Shown piece after piece: positions 52,228-60,021 of a stretch of 64,000 nt of DNA (the first letter of the stretch is position 1; each line of letters starts with the position of its first letter). The position numbers and the translations under genes are program-made. Under the pieces are notes generated by a model. That model saw nothing but the letters and a program-made list of their open reading frames with translations. It had not been told where the DNA came from and made no database searches. The stretch covers positions 72,908-136,907 of the forward strand of contig JACRFB010000031.1 of NCBI GenBank assembly GCA_016218045.1, in the 5' to 3' direction. Source of the DNA: Ignavibacteriota bacterium. Lineage in GTDB: Bacteria; Bacteroidota; Ignavibacteria; SZUA-365.

Positions 52228-53478
52228 GTGGAATCGCGACTCCATTCACTTCTGCACGATTACTTCCTCGACATGGATGCCCGCATCGCGCGCATCCTCG
52301 GCGACACGACGCTCAGCGACGAGCAGAAGTCGGCGCTGCGCGAGGTTGTGACCGACGCGGTGACGGAGACGATCGCCTTCGTGAAAAAGGGCAAGACTGT
52401 GCACGAACGATTCGTGCAGCATGTGGTGATGCACGCGGTGGACGCGATCATCGGCGTCGAAAATGGCGAACGCATCTTCTTCTGGAACCGCGGCGCGGAG
52501 GCCACATTTGGCTACACGCAGGATGAGGTTCTCGACCGCACGGTCGAATTCCTCTGGCCCGCCGACGCGCGGCGGAACGAAAACGCGCTGCTGCGCGAGC
52601 GCATTCTGCGGGACGGATTTGTGCGCGACCATCACACCCAGCTCGTGACGCGCGACGGGCGCGCTGTGATGGCGAGCATGTCGGTGACGCTGCTGCGCGA
52701 CGAGGCCGACGAGATACTCGGCACCATCGCCATCATCCGCGACATGACCGAAATGCGGCAGCTCGAGCGCCAGGTGATTCAGAACGAGAAGCTCGCGCTG
52801 CTCGGGCAGATCGCCGCCGGCATCGCGCACGAGATGGGCACCCCGCTCAACATCATCTCGGGCGTTGCCGAGGTGCTGCTGCTCGACAGGCCCGCCGGAC
52901 ATTCCGAGCGCGAGGACCTCGAGACGATCATCGGCCAGACCGACCGCATCGCGAACCTGATCCGCGAACTGCTCGCCTTTGCGCGTCCGCAACCACTGCG
53001 TTTCGAACGCATCGAGATGGGCCTTGAACTGCTGCGCGCAGTCTCGCTGCTGCGCGGCAAGGCCGAGAAACTTGACGTCGCGATCACCGTGGACGTTCCG
53101 GCCGGGCTGCCCCAGCTTCGCGCGGATCCGCACCACATGCAGCAGGTGTTTCTGAACCTGCTCGTGAACGCGATAGACGCCCTGGCGACTGTCGAGGACG
53201 GCCGCGCGCGGCGGATCGGCATTGAGGCGCGGTCCGACGAAAAGGAGATCCGCATCCGTATATCCGATACAGGCCCGGGCATGAAACCCGAACTGCTCGC
53301 CCGTGTGTTCGATCCCTTTGTCACGACGAAGGACGTGGGGAAGGGCACGGGGCTCGGCCTCGCTGTGTGCCGCCGCATCGTCGAGGAGCACGGGGGAAGC
53401 ATCACGGCCGAATCGACACCCGGCGAGGGATCGGTGTTCACCGTCGTGTTCGCCCTGCGGAGGTTGGAGGAGACATGA
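52228..53478 (+). CDS. Cytoplasmic PAS-domain sensor histidine kinase
   Basis: No TM segments. PAS-like region. H-box IAAGIAHEMGTPLN. N/G boxes (LLVNAIDA, DTGPGM..GTGLGL). Confidence 0.8.
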   Translation: MESRLHSLLHDYFLDMDARIARILGDTTLSDEQKSALREVVTDAVTETIAFVKKGKTVHERFVQHVVMHAVDAIIGVENGERIFFWNRGAEATFGYTQDEVLDRTVEFLWPADARRNENALLRERILRDGFVRDHHTQLVTRDGRAVMASMSVTLLRDEADEILGTIAIIRDMTEMRQLERQVIQNEKLALLGQIAAGIAHEMGTPLNIISGVAEVLLLDRPAGHSEREDLETIIGQTDRIANLIRELLAFARPQPLRFERIEMGLELLRAVSLLRGKAEKLDVAITVDVPAGLPQLRADPHHMQQVFLNLLVNAIDALATVEDGRARRIGIEARSDEKEIRIRISDTGPGMKPELLARVFDPFVTTKDVGKGTGLGLAVCRRIVEEHGGSITAESTPGEGSVFTVVFALRRLEET

Positions 53479-54845
53479 CGCCCGCAGTGCCCGTCGCGAT
53501 CGTCGACGACGACCAGGAGATGCTCCGCGTACTCGAGCGCTACCTCCAGCGCCACGGCATCGCAGTCGACACGTTCTCCGACCCGCGCACGGCCCTGACG
53601 CATTTCGGGGAGACGGTGTATGGCGTCGTGATCACCGACGTGCAGATGCCCGGCATGAGCGGCCTGGAACTTTTCGGACACATACGCCAGCAGATGCCCG
53701 AGGCCGTGGTGATCATGATCACCGGCTTCGGTTCCGTCACCGCGGCCGTGCAGGCGATGAAGGAGGGGGCGTTCGATTACATCAGCAAACCCTTCAACTA
53801 CGACGAGTTTCTGGTGGTTCTGCAGAAGGCGGTCCGTCAGCATCTCCTGCAGCGCGAGGTGGAGGTGTTGCGTGAAAGGGTGCAGCGCCGGTACTCCTTC
53901 GGGAACATCATCGGACACAGCGACGCGATGCGCCAGGTGTTCGACGTGATCGGCCGCGTGGCGCACACGCGTACCAACGTGCTCGTGACAGGCGAATCCG
54001 GCACGGGGAAGGAACTGATCGCGCGCGCGATCCATCATGGCGGTGCGCGCAAGGACGCGCCGTTTGTCGCGATCAACTGCGGCGCGCTGCCCGAGACGCT
54101 GCTCGAGAGCGAGCTTTTTGGTCACGAGAAAGGCGCCTACACCGGCGCGGTGACGCGCGAGGCGGGTCTGCTCGCGAGTGCCGACAGCGGAACGATATTC
54201 CTCGACGAAGTGGCCGACATGCCCATGCACATGCAGGCGAAATTTCTGCGCGTGCTCGAGGACTGGGAGGTGCGTCCCGTGGGCGGGAACGCGACACGAA
54301 AGATCGACGTCCGCGTGATCTCGTCGTCGAAGACCGACCTCGGCGACATCGTGGCGCACGGCGATTTTCGCGAGGACCTGTTCTACCGCCTCAATGTTGT
54401 GACCATCGACATTCCCCCGCTGCGAGAGCGCATGGAGGACGTGCCGATGCTCATCGATCACGCCCTCGTTCGCCTTGCGGCCGATCAGGGGCGCGAGACG
54501 CCCGTCATCGAGCGCGACGCGCTCGAGGCGCTGCTCCGGCACACCTGGCCCGGCAATGTGCGCGAACTCGAACACGTACTCGAGCGCGCGCTCATTCTCG
54601 CGCGCGGTCCGCGCATGACGCTCGACGATCTTCCGCCGTACGTGCGCGAGCACGGCGGCACGGCGGCGCGGCGCGCGGGCGAGGCCTGCCCCGTCGACAC
54701 GACACTCGAGGACATGGAGCGGCAGCACATTCTGCGCGTGCTCGCGCACGTCGAATGGAAACGTTCGCTGGCCGCGGAAATACTCGGCATCAACCGCCGC
54801 ACCTTGTACAGAAAAATCCAGCAATACCGCATCGAGGAACCATGA
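53475..54845 (+). CDS. Sigma-54-dependent response regulator (NtrC/Fis family)
   Basis: Start re-called at MTPAVPVAIVDDD (ORF codon 37, ATGA overlap with the kinase). Receiver D (VITDVQMPGMSG). AAA+ sigma-54 activator with GESGTGKE and the GAFTGA-like loop (HEKGAYTGA). C-terminal Fis-type HTH. Confidence 0.85.
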   Translation: MTPAVPVAIVDDDQEMLRVLERYLQRHGIAVDTFSDPRTALTHFGETVYGVVITDVQMPGMSGLELFGHIRQQMPEAVVIMITGFGSVTAAVQAMKEGAFDYISKPFNYDEFLVVLQKAVRQHLLQREVEVLRERVQRRYSFGNIIGHSDAMRQVFDVIGRVAHTRTNVLVTGESGTGKELIARAIHHGGARKDAPFVAINCGALPETLLESELFGHEKGAYTGAVTREAGLLASADSGTIFLDEVADMPMHMQAKFLRVLEDWEVRPVGGNATRKIDVRVISSSKTDLGDIVAHGDFREDLFYRLNVVTIDIPPLRERMEDVPMLIDHALVRLAADQGRETPVIERDALEALLRHTWPGNVRELEHVLERALILARGPRMTLDDLPPYVREHGGTAARRAGEACPVDTTLEDMERQHILRVLAHVEWKRSLAAEILGINRRTLYRKIQQYRIEEP

Positions 54846-56206
54846 AACACGCATCGACAATCACGCAACTGCGCGTATGGTGCCTCGCGGCGGCCCTGAT
54901 CCTCGCGGCAGACGGACGGGCGCAGGCACTGCGCTTTTCCCCGACCCCCGCGGCCCCGGCCGCACCCGCCTACGGCGATCTTATCGCGGTGGAACTGCAC
55001 CAGTTTCCCGCTCCCGCCGGACACTGCCGCATCGACGCGTTTGTGCGTGTGACGCACGATTATATCGTATTCCAGCGCGTGCCCGAGCGGGCGGGCGATT
55101 CGCTGTTCGCCGGACGGCTCGAGGTGTCGTATGAACTGCTCGATGCACAGGGCGGGACTGTCGCCACGGCGCACGACCGGGCCACCGTCGAGGCGCGAAG
55201 TTATCTCGCGACAAATTCGCGGGACGAATTCGCGCTCATGCACCGGAGTTTCCGCTGCGATCCAGGCGTCTACACCCTGGCCATCACCGTCGGCGACGGC
55301 ACCTCGACGCGCGAACGCGTGCTGCGCCAGCATCTCACGGTCAAAAAATTCGGACAGGAAGGTCCGGTAATCAGTTCCATCATTCCGCTCTCGTGGTCCG
55401 ATCAGGACGCGCAGACCCCTTCGGTGGCGGTGTTCGGACGTAGCGTCCCCTTCGCGCGGCCGTCGCGGATTGCGGTCGCGGGTGTCGCCTCTCCCGAGGC
55501 GAAATGGACCTTCACGATGTCTCGCGCCGCGACGCCCGGATCGCCCAGTGCCGTGATCTGGGAATACGCGACCCAGCCCGTCGCGGTGCTCAAGGGCGCC
55601 ACGGTGGTCGACAGCGCGGGACTGGCGGCATCGTTTCCGCTGCTGGAAACGACAGCAACAGATGCCTCGCTGTTTGTGTTTGCACTGCCCACCGACACGC
55701 TCGATCCGGGCATGTACCGCCTCTCCGCGCGCGCGACCGACGAGGACCGCGTCGACACCGTATCCAGCGGCCTCCGTGTGTACTGGAAGGACATGCCTCT
55801 CTCGATACAGGATCCGCAATTCGCGCTGCTCGTCATGCGGCACATTCTGACGGAAGAGGAAACCGAGGATCTCGAGAGCGGTCCCGAAGAGGAACTCATG
55901 CAGCGTATCCTTGATTGGTGGCGGAAGAAAGATCCGACCCCGGGCACCGCGATCAACGAATTGCTTGTGGAATACTTCCGCCGCGTGGATGAGGCGTATT
56001 ACGCGTATCAGACACTCTCCGCCCCCAACGGCGCGCTGACCGACAGGGGAAAGATCTACATCCTGTACGGTCCGCCGGGGGATGTACAGCGTGTGCTCGC
56101 GCCGGATTCTCCCGCCGAGGAGACCTGGGAGTATCCCGATTTGCGGCGCACCTTCATTTTCATCGATCGCCAGAAGAACGGCAACTACAAACTCGCGTCA
56201 CAATAG
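54842..56206 (+). CDS. GWxTD-domain secreted protein (third gene of the HK/sigma-54 RR operon)
   Basis: Start re-called at MKHASTITQLRVWCLAAALILAA (signal peptide, ATGA overlap). C-terminal ..NGALTDRGKIYILYGPPGDV..ETWEYP.. resembles the GWxTD motif region (with W replaced by A). 454 aa. Confidence 0.55.
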   Translation: MKHASTITQLRVWCLAAALILAADGRAQALRFSPTPAAPAAPAYGDLIAVELHQFPAPAGHCRIDAFVRVTHDYIVFQRVPERAGDSLFAGRLEVSYELLDAQGGTVATAHDRATVEARSYLATNSRDEFALMHRSFRCDPGVYTLAITVGDGTSTRERVLRQHLTVKKFGQEGPVISSIIPLSWSDQDAQTPSVAVFGRSVPFARPSRIAVAGVASPEAKWTFTMSRAATPGSPSAVIWEYATQPVAVLKGATVVDSAGLAASFPLLETTATDASLFVFALPTDTLDPGMYRLSARATDEDRVDTVSSGLRVYWKDMPLSIQDPQFALLVMRHILTEEETEDLESGPEEELMQRILDWWRKKDPTPGTAINELLVEYFRRVDEAYYAYQTLSAPNGALTDRGKIYILYGPPGDVQRVLAPDSPAEETWEYPDLRRTFIFIDRQKNGNYKLASQ

Positions 56207-56314
56207 CGAACGGCGGCGGTTTCATCTCGACCGCGCGCGACGTAGATTTCGTCCCATCCCCTCTCACCCTCGGCGCGCCATGTGCCGCCGTTGATCCGTA
56301 TCACACACGAACGC

Positions 56315-57328
56315 ATGAAACCAGTCATCGCTATCTCGCTTGGCGACGTCAATGGCGTCGGGCCCGAAGTCATACTCAAGGCCTTTGTCCGCTCCGATCT
56401 CTTCACCCAGTGCCGCCCGGTGGTTTATGGTCCGGCCGAGTGTATGGAGTGGCGTGAATCGCGCCTGGGCACGGGACTTGAATTTTCGCGCATCACATCG
56501 TTGGAAGAGGCCCGCGAGGGGGGCATTTCGCTGTTCGACACAGGCGGCGTCTTTGATCCGTCGCAGATCGGCCGCGCGACCGCGGAGGCGGGCGCGCACG
56601 CGATACGTGCGATCGAAGCCGCATATGCGGCAGTACGCGACGGCGGCGCCGAGGCACTGGTCACCGCGCCGGTCTCGAAGGAGGCGATAGCGCTTGCCGG
56701 CAGTCCGTACAAGGGCCACACCGACATGCTGGCCGCGATGGCGGGTGCGGCCAACCGCGTGATCATGATACTGCGGAGCAATACGCTTACCGTGGGTCTG
56801 GTGACCATTCACGTGCCCTTGCGCGAGGTCGCGCCGCTGGTGACACACGAACGCGTGCTGCGCACCATCGAGGCCGGCCGTTCCGCGCTCGAGACGGATT
56901 TCGGCGTGCAGCGTCCTCGGCTCGCGGTGCTCGCGCTGAATCCGCACGCGGGCGACGGCGGCGCCATCGGCGGCGAGGAGATCGAGGCCATCGTGCCTGC
57001 GATCGCGGAGGCACGGGCGGCGGGCATCGCCGTTGAAGGACCCTTTCCCGCGGACGGCTTTTTCTCCGCGCACAACCGCGATCTCTTCGACATGGTCGTT
57101 GCCATGTACCACGATCAGGGACTCATTCCGTTCAAGCTGCAGGCGCGGGGGCGGGGAGTCAACGTCAGTTCCGGTCTGCCCATCGTCCGCACATCGCCCG
57201 ATCACGGCACCGCGTACAACATCGCGGGGCAGGGCATCGCGAGCGCCGACAGTATGCGAGAGGCGATACTCGCGGCGCGAACCATCGCGGTTAATCGCGG
57301 CATCGCCTCTGCGGGCGCGAGTCGATGA
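56315..57328 (+). CDS. pdxA: 4-hydroxythreonine-4-phosphate dehydrogenase
   Basis: MKPVIAISLGDVNGVGPEV.., ..GHTDML.., ..LNPHAGDGG.., ..AMYHDQGLIPFK.. Start re-called at MKPVIAI (ORF codon 12). Confidence 0.85.
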   Translation: MKPVIAISLGDVNGVGPEVILKAFVRSDLFTQCRPVVYGPAECMEWRESRLGTGLEFSRITSLEEAREGGISLFDTGGVFDPSQIGRATAEAGAHAIRAIEAAYAAVRDGGAEALVTAPVSKEAIALAGSPYKGHTDMLAAMAGAANRVIMILRSNTLTVGLVTIHVPLREVAPLVTHERVLRTIEAGRSALETDFGVQRPRLAVLALNPHAGDGGAIGGEEIEAIVPAIAEARAAGIAVEGPFPADGFFSAHNRDLFDMVVAMYHDQGLIPFKLQARGRGVNVSSGLPIVRTSPDHGTAYNIAGQGIASADSMREAILAARTIAVNRGIASAGASR

Positions 57329-57981
57329 TAGAATTCCACAACGTCCGTCTCACCTTCAGCGCGCAGGTCGTGCTCGAGAGGGCGAACCTTCTGATTTCGG
57401 AAGGAGAGTTCGTGTACATCATCGGTGAGACCGGCGTCGGGAAAAGCTCCTTTCTGCGACTCATATACATGGACGTGCTGCCGTCCTTCGGCCGCGTGCG
57501 CGTGGGCGGATACGATTCGTCCGCGCTGCGGAGGCAGCAGATTCCCTTTCTGCGGCGGAGCATCGGCATCGTGTTTCAGGACTACCGGCTGCTCGAGGAC
57601 CGCACCGTCGCCGAAAATGTCGCCTTCGCGCTGCACGTCACGGGCGCAAAACGACAGATGATCGGGCCGCGCGTGCACAAGGTGCTTTCGGAGGTCGGGC
57701 TCTCGTCGAAGGAGCATGCCATGCCTTCCGACCTGTCCGGCGGCGAGAAGCAACGCGTGGCCATCGCGCGTGCGCTGGTGAACGATCCCGTGATTCTTCT
57801 CGCGGACGAACCCACGGGTAATCTCGATCCCGTCGCATCCCGCGACATCCTTGCCATCTTCGATCGCATCAACAAGCGTGGCACCGCCTGCATCATTGCC
57901 ACGCACGACTACGGTCTGCTCGTCCAACGTCCCGGCCGTGTCATCAAGATTCAGAATCGGAATTTTTATGATGTGGTGTGA
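57325..57981 (+). CDS. ftsE: Cell-division ABC transporter ATP-binding protein FtsE
   Basis: 218 aa. GETGVGKSS, LSGGEKQRVAIARAL, LLADEPTGNLDP. 4-nt overlap with pdxA. Confidence 0.8.
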   Translation: MIEFHNVRLTFSAQVVLERANLLISEGEFVYIIGETGVGKSSFLRLIYMDVLPSFGRVRVGGYDSSALRRQQIPFLRRSIGIVFQDYRLLEDRTVAENVAFALHVTGAKRQMIGPRVHKVLSEVGLSSKEHAMPSDLSGGEKQRVAIARALVNDPVILLADEPTGNLDPVASRDILAIFDRINKRGTACIIATHDYGLLVQRPGRVIKIQNRNFYDVV

Positions 57982-58228
57982 TAAGTAGATGGTAGATGAG
58001 TAGATGGTAGATAGTAGACACCAAGCGTTACATTCCTCCAGATAGTTATTTCGGTCCCCAGTCCCCAGTCCCTCGTCCCCAGTCCCCAGTCCCTCGTCCC
58101 CAGTCCCCAGTCCCTCGTCCCCAGTCCCCAGTCCCTCGTCCCCAGTCCCTCGTCCCTCGTCCCCAGTCTCCAATCCCAACTCCCGATTCCTAACTCCTAA
58201 ATCCTAATTCCCAACTCCTCACTCCACC
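57982..58228. repeat. Heptanucleotide tandem-repeat array: 5 x GTAGATG-like, then ~17 x TCCCCAG/TCCCTCG (perfect 21-nt super-unit x4), decaying into ~9 degenerate TCCYNNN units that end at the start codon of the downstream gene
   Basis: Directly visible as taaGTAGATGGTAGATGAGTAGATGGTAGATAGTAGAC ... tccccagtccccagtccctcg x4 ... tctccaatcccaactcccgattcctaactcctaaatcctaattcccaactcctcactccacc ATG. The minus strand reads (CTGGGGA)n. Confidence 0.9.
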
Positions 58229-59959
58229 ATGCGACCGCCGCTTCATGCCTTGCAGATTCCCGATGCGGAATTCGTCGTATGCGACGTTGAGACGACGGGC
58301 TTGAGTCCGGACCACAACAGGATGACGGAAATCGCGCTCGTCCGTGTGGCGGAGGGACGGGTGGTGGAGAAGTACCAGACGCTGATCAATCCCAGGCAGT
58401 TCATTCCACCGTTCATCACGGAACTGACGGGCATTACCAACGAGATGGTCTACTCCGCTCCCGATGCGGACGAGGTGCTGCCGGCCATACGCGCATTCAT
58501 CGGCGACGCAGTCTTTGTCGGACACAATGCGCGTTTCGACTTTTCCTTCGTCGACGCCGCGCTGCGGCGCGCGGGGCTCGCGCCTTTGGAGAACGCGGTG
58601 TTGTGCACGGCGCGCCTCGCGCGGCGCCTCGTTCCCGCGCTGGCGAAGAAGAATCTCGGCTCCATCGCGCGCCATCTCGGCATCAGCAATCCCCGCGCGC
58701 ACCGCGCCTCGGGTGACGCGGAAACGACCGCCCGCATCCTGCTGCACTTCGCCGGCATGGTGTCGGAGGAACACGACGTGGCTGATCTGGGCGACCTGCT
58801 CTCGTTCCAGAACAAACCGGTGTATCGGGTCACCACACCGCCGAAAAACTTCCTGAAACTGCAGCCGGCCCTGGCGGCCCTGCCGCATGAACCCGGCATC
58901 TATTTCTTCCACGACGCGCGCGGTCACATCATCTACATCGGCAAGGCGCGGGATCTGTCGGACCGCGTGCACTCGTATTTCCGCTATAATGTCGGGCACA
59001 GCGAAAAGGTCCTCAAACTCGCGCGCGCGGTGGCGTCCATCACCTGGAAAACCACCGACACCGAACTGTCGGCGCTGCTCGCCGAGGCGCGGGCCATACG
59101 CCAGCATCAGCCGCGCTTCAACGCGCTGCTTAAAAGTGCGCGCGCGTATCCGTTCATCCGCATCGATTGCGCCGACACGTTCCCGACGATCTCCTGGACC
59201 TACGACATGGAGGACGACGGCGCCGACTATTACGGACCCTTCAGCTCGCGCTTCGCCGTCGAACGCGCACTCGAGGTGATCGATCGCATCTTCCTCATTC
59301 GCGAATGCGACGGACGCATCACGCCCCGCGATACCGCAACCCCGTGCCTGTACTACGACATCAAACGCTGCGGCGCGCCCTGCGCTTCACTGCAGTCTGC
59401 CGAGGAGTACGCCGAGGAGGTGCAGCGCGTGCGACAGTTCCTCCGCGGTCGGCACGACTCGGTGCTCAACGGGTTGCGGGCGGCGATGGAGTCGCGTGCC
59501 GAGGCGCTCGACTTCGAAGGAGCGGCGTCGGTGCGCGACCGTCTGCGCGATCTCGAACGTATCGTGCGGCAGCAGCGTGTCATGGCGCGCTCGGTCCGTT
59601 ATCAGAATCTGGTGATCGTCACTCTCGCACGTCGCACCTTCGTGGAGGTGCACTGCATGAAATCCGGCATGCTCGTGGCGCAGGAACTGCTGGATCAGCG
59701 CGCGTGCACGCGGCAGAATGTGCGCACGTTGCTGTCGGAGTCCTTCTTCAGCGGCCAGAACGAACTGTTCCTCGGCGGGAAGGAAGACATCGCGGAGATG
59801 CGCATCATCGCCTCATGGTGCCTCACGCGGCGTGATGAGTCCGTCGTGATCGAGGCCGACGATCATCAGACACGCGATGCGCTGATCGACGCGGTGTACG
59901 CGGCGGTGCGCGGGCTGGGCAGGGACGAGGCGCCGGCACGCTTCGCGGAAAGGGCGTAA
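58229..59959 (+). CDS. DnaQ-type 3'-5' exonuclease fused to a GIY-YIG/UvrC-N-terminal-like nuclease (Cho-like excinuclease fusion)
   Basis: N-terminal DEDD exonuclease motifs (FVVCDVETTGL; ..FVGHNARFDFSFV..; ..HRASGDAETTARIL). Middle GIY-YIG (PGIYFFHDARGHIIYIGKARDLSDRVHSYF...ELSALLAEARAIRQHQPRFN). UvrC-like Cys region (YYDIKRCGAPC). This architecture resembles mycobacterial Cho-like proteins. Confidence 0.7.
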   Translation: MRPPLHALQIPDAEFVVCDVETTGLSPDHNRMTEIALVRVAEGRVVEKYQTLINPRQFIPPFITELTGITNEMVYSAPDADEVLPAIRAFIGDAVFVGHNARFDFSFVDAALRRAGLAPLENAVLCTARLARRLVPALAKKNLGSIARHLGISNPRAHRASGDAETTARILLHFAGMVSEEHDVADLGDLLSFQNKPVYRVTTPPKNFLKLQPALAALPHEPGIYFFHDARGHIIYIGKARDLSDRVHSYFRYNVGHSEKVLKLARAVASITWKTTDTELSALLAEARAIRQHQPRFNALLKSARAYPFIRIDCADTFPTISWTYDMEDDGADYYGPFSSRFAVERALEVIDRIFLIRECDGRITPRDTATPCLYYDIKRCGAPCASLQSAEEYAEEVQRVRQFLRGRHDSVLNGLRAAMESRAEALDFEGAASVRDRLRDLERIVRQQRVMARSVRYQNLVIVTLARRTFVEVHCMKSGMLVAQELLDQRACTRQNVRTLLSESFFSGQNELFLGGKEDIAEMRIIASWCLTRRDESVVIEADDHQTRDALIDAVYAAVRGLGRDEAPARFAERA

Positions 59960-59976
59960 TATCGTCCGAAAAAAAA

Positions 59977-59995
59977 GGCCGGGGAAAACCCGGCC
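59977..59995 (-). terminator. Intrinsic terminator candidate (serves the minus-strand gene ending at 60022; hairpin is shared with the convergent + gene)
   Basis: aaaaaaaa-ggccggg-gaaaa-cccggcc. On the minus strand the stem is followed by a U8 tract. Confidence 0.65.
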
Positions 59996-60021
59996 TCCGT
60001 GCTCGTAGTACGGCAGGTGTG

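Noticed and set aside
58057-58175. Possible CRISPR array suggested by perfect 21-nt repeats
   Set aside because: The repeats are directly contiguous with no unique spacers. The unit is a trimer of 7-mers, and no cas genes are nearby. It is a microsatellite-type tandem repeat and not a CRISPR array.
57202-58179. 978-nt minus-strand ORF encoding GTGDEGLGTGDEGLGTGDEGL... (325 aa)
   Set aside because: The repetitive peptide is produced by reading through the 7/21-nt tandem DNA repeat. The N-terminal part overlaps pdxA and ftsE on the opposite strand and has no independent support. It is an artefact of the repeat.
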